Positions 29,022 to 32,000 of a stretch of 32,000 bases of DNA are shown piece by piece. The notes under the pieces were generated by a model. That model was not told where the DNA came from. It ran no database searches and saw only the letters and a list, made by a program, of their open reading frames with translations. The stretch spans positions 960,001 through 992,000 of the forward strand of contig NZ_LT906458.1 in NCBI RefSeq assembly GCF_900187275.1. Reading direction: 5' to 3'. The stretch comes from Pasteurella multocida (GTDB lineage Bacteria; Pseudomonadota; Gammaproteobacteria; Enterobacterales; Pasteurellaceae). Position numbers and translations under genes: made by a program. Position 1 is the first letter of the stretch. Each line of letters opens with the position of its first letter.

Positions 29022-30221
29022 ATGGCATTTAATCCAAGTGTATTTAAACAACATTTTCCTTACCTCCAACAAGCGGATGCGGTTGTCTATTTAGACAGTG
29101 CTGCCACGGCATTAAAGCCACAAGTGCTGACTGATGCGACGATTGCCTTTTATCAATCTGCTGGATCCGTACATCGTAGTCAATATGATGAAAAACAGAC
29201 CGCACTTTTTGAACAAGCAAGAGAAAATGTGAAAAACTTCATTGGTGCAGAATCTGAAGAAACGATTATTTGGACATCGGGGACAACGCATGCTATCAAT
29301 TGCGTTGCAAGAGGGTTATCTCATCAACTGCATCCTAAAGCTGAAATTATCATTAGCGAAGCGGACCATCATGCTAATTTTGTTACTTGGTCTGAAATCG
29401 CGCGTCAATATGGCGCAACCTTGCATATTTTACCGATTAATGAGCAATGGTTGATTGAAGAACAGGATCTTATTGCTGTACTCAATACCAATACCGTATT
29501 GGTTGCATTGAATATGGTTTCTAATGTAACTGGAACGGAGCAACCTGTCGCCAATTTAATTAAACTGATTCGACAACACAGTCATGCGTTGGTACTCGTC
29601 GACGCGGCACAAGCGATTAGCCATTTACCTATCGACTTACAAAGGTTAGATGCGGATTTTATTGCCTTCTCAGCGCATAAACTCTATGGTCCGAATGGAC
29701 TTGGTGTGTTAAGTGGGAAACGTCATGCCCTTGAACAACTTCAGCCCCTGTTGTACGGTGGGAAAATGGTAGAACGAGTATCTGCACAACACATCCGTTT
29801 TGCCGAACTACCTTATCGCCTTGAGGCTGGCACGCCAAATATTGCAGGTGTGATTGGTTTTAATGCTGTCTTAGAATGGTTAAGCCAGTGGGACTTAGCT
29901 GCTGCCGAGCAACATGCCATTGCTTTGGCAGAGCAATGTAAAATGCGATTAAAAAATTACCCACACTGCCAGTTATTTTTATCACCGCAACCGAGCAGCA
30001 TCGCTTGTTTTGTGTTTAACGGTATAGCCACCTCTGACATCGCCACATTGCTCGCTGAACAAAATATAGCCTTACGCGCAGGTGAACACTGCGCCCAACC
30101 TTATTTAGCGCGCTTAGGACAGCACAGCACTTTGCGGCTTTCCTTTGCACCTTATAACCAACAAGCGGATGTTGATGCGTTTTTCTCTGCCCTTGACAAC
30201 GCTTTAGCCTTATTAGATTAA
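29022..30221 (+). CDS. csdA: Cysteine desulfurase / cysteine sulfinate desulfinase CsdA (class V aminotransferase)
   Basis: 399 aa from ATG 29022 (E. coli CsdA is 401 aa). Colinear motifs are VYLDSAATALKP, HHAN, the PLP-lysine region FSAHKLYGPNGLGVL, LEAGTPN and the active-site RAGEHCAQP. The ATG is 1 nt after the nuclease stop. Confidence 0.9.
   Translation: MAFNPSVFKQHFPYLQQADAVVYLDSAATALKPQVLTDATIAFYQSAGSVHRSQYDEKQTALFEQARENVKNFIGAESEETIIWTSGTTHAINCVARGLSHQLHPKAEIIISEADHHANFVTWSEIARQYGATLHILPINEQWLIEEQDLIAVLNTNTVLVALNMVSNVTGTEQPVANLIKLIRQHSHALVLVDAAQAISHLPIDLQRLDADFIAFSAHKLYGPNGLGVLSGKRHALEQLQPLLYGGKMVERVSAQHIRFAELPYRLEAGTPNIAGVIGFNAVLEWLSQWDLAAAEQHAIALAEQCKMRLKNYPHCQLFLSPQPSSIACFVFNGIATSDIATLLAEQNIALRAGEHCAQPYLARLGQHSTLRLSFAPYNQQADVDAFFSALDNALALLD
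29199..29207 (-). repeat. USS core
   Basis: ACCGCACTT followed by TTT, within csdA. Confidence 0.9.
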
Positions 30222-30602
30222 ATGATGAAAGAACAACTCCTTAACGCAAAAAGCTGGGAAGAACGTTACCGCCTGATTATCCAAGCCGGCAAACAGCTAC
30301 CATTCCCCACAGAACAACAACTCGCCGAGATGCAACCGATTTCAGGTTGTGAGACGAAAGTCTGGTTTAAAATTACTGGAAAAAATGACCGCACTTTTGA
30401 TTTTCAAGCTTACAGCGAAGCCCGTATTATTAATGGATTATTGTGGATTTTACTGCAAGAAATTCAGGGTAAAACAGTCAAACAACTCAAGCAGTTTGAT
30501 TTAACTGCCTATTTCACTGAATTGGGCATTGCACAACGGTTAAGCAGCACAAGGTTAAATGGACTAAAACAGATTGAAAAATTGTTACATCAGCTAGAGT
30601 AA
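30222..30602 (+). CDS. csdE: SufE-like sulfur acceptor protein CsdE
   Basis: 126-aa ORF with the conserved acceptor cysteine in ISGCETKVWF and the flanking W..RY..I...GKQLP pattern of CsdE/SufE. Its ATG abuts the csdA stop. The alternative ATG at 30225 cannot be excluded. Confidence 0.85.
   Translation: MMKEQLLNAKSWEERYRLIIQAGKQLPFPTEQQLAEMQPISGCETKVWFKITGKNDRTFDFQAYSEARIINGLLWILLQEIQGKTVKQLKQFDLTAYFTELGIAQRLSSTRLNGLKQIEKLLHQLE
30388..30396 (-). repeat. USS core
   Basis: ACCGCACTT followed by TTG, within csdE. Confidence 0.9.
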
Positions 30603-30944
30603 AAGTGTGGCTGAGATTAAAAAGGGCGGTGTATTTTAAAAAAAATTTCATCCCCCAAAAGTGACTTTCCCCCTTTCCCTTATTTTTCGCTGTAGCGGTT
30701 GCGTTCACGTTTAAACCACACTTTCCTTGTTTGAGCATGGCTTGCTAAGCGAGTTTGGAAAGCGGGTGCCAAACGTTAGCAACAAGTGAAGGAAAAAAAA
30801 TTACGGAGTGCTTTCTTTTGCCTACTTTTTCCTTTACACAAGCAAAGAAAAACTAACTCGCTGATCGGGCACCCAATATTGTTTAACCTGAAAAAAAGGC
30901 TCTTTTCCCATCATAATTGATAACACGACCCTGTTTTAATCTCA

Positions 30945-30972
30945 TAAAAAAGGCAAACATAACTGTTTGCCC
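30945..30972 (-). terminator. Rho-independent terminator of hldE
   Basis: The minus strand reads GGCAAAC-AGTTAT-GTTTGCC followed by T6, 40 nt downstream of the hldE stop. Confidence 0.78.
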
Positions 30973-31011
30973 TTTCCCCAAATAGGTATGATGATGAAAT
31001 CAAATTCAATC

Positions 31012-32000
31012 TTAATCTTTTAACTGCTGAATCTTACTGATCACATTACTGGTTGAACAACCATTTTCAAAGTTTAATACTTTTACATCACCACCACTCG
31101 CCCAAACTTCTTGGCTACCGGCGATGTCTTCTGGTTTGTAATCACCACCTTTCACCAATAAATCAGGTAATACTTCAGCAATTAAACGTTGTGGAGTGTC
31201 TTCATGGAACGCCACTAACCAATCGACTGAAGATAAGCCTGCCAATACTGCCATACGAGATTGAAGGTCATTAATTGGGCGGGTTTCACCTTTTAGGCGT
31301 TTGACTGAGTCATCGCTGTTCACTGCGACAATTAAGCGATCGCCCAATTTACGTGCGTTTTCGAGGTAAGACACATGTCCCGGGTGAAGAATGTCAAAAC
31401 AGCCATTAGTCATCACAATTTTCTCACCACGCGCCTTCGCTTGTGCCACTACGCGTTTCAGTTCGGCTTCGCTCATAATACCAAATCCAGTATTAGAACG
31501 ACCGTGAATTGCATTTTCTAATTCCACCGTAGAAACGGTTGAGGTCCCTAATTTACCCACGACAATCCCTGCTGCGACATTGGCTAAATAGCAGGCTTCT
31601 TCAAACGAACGACCATCCGCTAAGCCTGTGGCTAACACACTAATCACCGTATCTCCCGCCCCGGTCACATCAAATACTTCTTTCGCTTCGGTGGCTAAAT
31701 GAAATGCCGGTTGATTTGGACGCAATAACGTCATGCCTTTTTCAGAACGTGTCACTAAAAGCGCACTCAGGTCGATCTGCTCAATTAATTTCAACCCTTT
31801 TTCGATAATCTCTTCTTCAGAATCACACTTCCCAACCACCGCTTCAAATTCAGACATATTCGGTGTTAATAAGGTTGCCCCACGATAACGTTCAAAATCG
31901 GTTCCTTTCGGATCAATTAACACGGGAATATTGGCTTGGCGTGCAAGTTGAATCATTTTTTGCACTTGATTTAAGGTGCCTTTACCATAATCGGATAACA
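31012..32000 (-). CDS. hldE: Bifunctional D-beta-D-heptose 7-phosphate kinase / D-beta-D-heptose 1-phosphate adenylyltransferase (HldE/RfaE), 5'-truncated by window edge
   Basis: The frame stays open to position 32000 (..[21 protein letters not shown]..). It is colinear with the C-terminal ~330 aa of E. coli HldE, including DVTGAGDT and the cytidylyltransferase motif [16 protein letters not shown]. The internal GTG/ATG starts in the ORF track are not the true start. Confidence 0.94.
   Translation of the reverse strand, partial: LSDYGKGTLNQVQKMIQLARQANIPVLIDPKGTDFERYRGATLLTPNMSEFEAVVGKCDSEEEIIEKGLKLIEQIDLSALLVTRSEKGMTLLRPNQPAFHLATEAKEVFDVTGAGDTVISVLATGLADGRSFEEACYLANVAAGIVVGKLGTSTVSTVELENAIHGRSNTGFGIMSEAELKRVVAQAKARGEKIVMTNGCFDILHPGHVSYLENARKLGDRLIVAVNSDDSVKRLKGETRPINDLQSRMAVLAGLSSVDWLVAFHEDTPQRLIAEVLPDLLVKGGDYKPEDIAGSQEVWASGGDVKVLNFENGCSTSNVISKIQQLKD

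Noticed and set aside
30514-30738. A 74-aa minus-strand ORF spanning the csdE 3' end and the spacer.
   Set aside because: It overlaps csdE antisense for about 90 nt, has no SD, and shows low-complexity, Cys/Thr/Leu-rich composition with no recognisable motif.
30602-30876. Short inverted repeats in the csdE-hldE spacer, considered as an RNA pseudoknot or MITE termini. They are AGCGAGTT/AACTCGCT, GGGTGCC/GGCACCC and AAAGTGTGG/CCACACTTT.
   Set aside because: In about 400 bp, roughly one 8-mer and several 7-mer inverted matches are expected by chance. The arms are separated by about 100 nt and arranged in a non-nested order. There are no flanking direct repeats or terminal inverted repeats typical of a mobile element.
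1-32000. Search for CRISPR arrays, IS elements and transposases, integrases, tRNA or rRNA genes, toxin-antitoxin pairs and defence islands.
   Set aside because: No spaced direct repeats were seen, nor any transposase or integrase-like ORFs, tRNA-like T-arm (GGTTCGAATCC-type) sequences or rRNA segments. Every ORF over 100 codons is accounted for by a conserved housekeeping family.

Overview
This window looks like a core-chromosome segment of a Pasteurellaceae genome (Haemophilus/Aggregatibacter-like). It is AT-rich and carries 14 perfect Hin-type uptake signal sequence cores (AAGTGCGGT). The block uvrC-kdsB-ycaR-lpxK-msbA-rec2 / dksA-pcnB-folK matches, from memory, the HI0057-HI0064 order of H. 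influenzae Rd. I call 28 intact protein genes, with hldE truncated by the window edge. They cover LPS/lipid A (kdsB, lpxK, msbA, hldE), DNA repair and uptake (uvrC, rec2), global regulators (dksA, hns, cra), pcnB, folK, metX, sanA, ilvIH, an NhaC-family transporter, purU, nagBA with a divergent PTS EIICB gene, uup, a yohJ/yohK(lrgAB)-dGTPase-like operon, and a divergent nuclease-csdA-csdE operon. Several starts in the ORF track were moved downstream on Shine-Dalgarno and homologue-length grounds. Non-coding calls include a lysine riboswitch in the leader of the NhaC-family gene, tandem MetJ boxes upstream of metX, CRP-type sites, and several rho-independent terminators, two of them built from inverted USS pairs. 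I found no rRNA, tRNA, CRISPR array, IS element, integrase or prophage remnant, and all genes appear intact. I see no convincing evidence for a new multi-gene system. The items most worth follow-up are the riboswitch-controlled transporter, the tightly coupled lrgAB-dgt / nuclease-csdAE divergon, an unexplained ~340-bp convergent spacer (30603-30944), and non-canonical or oddly placed CRP sites at rec2 and downstream of the transporter gene.
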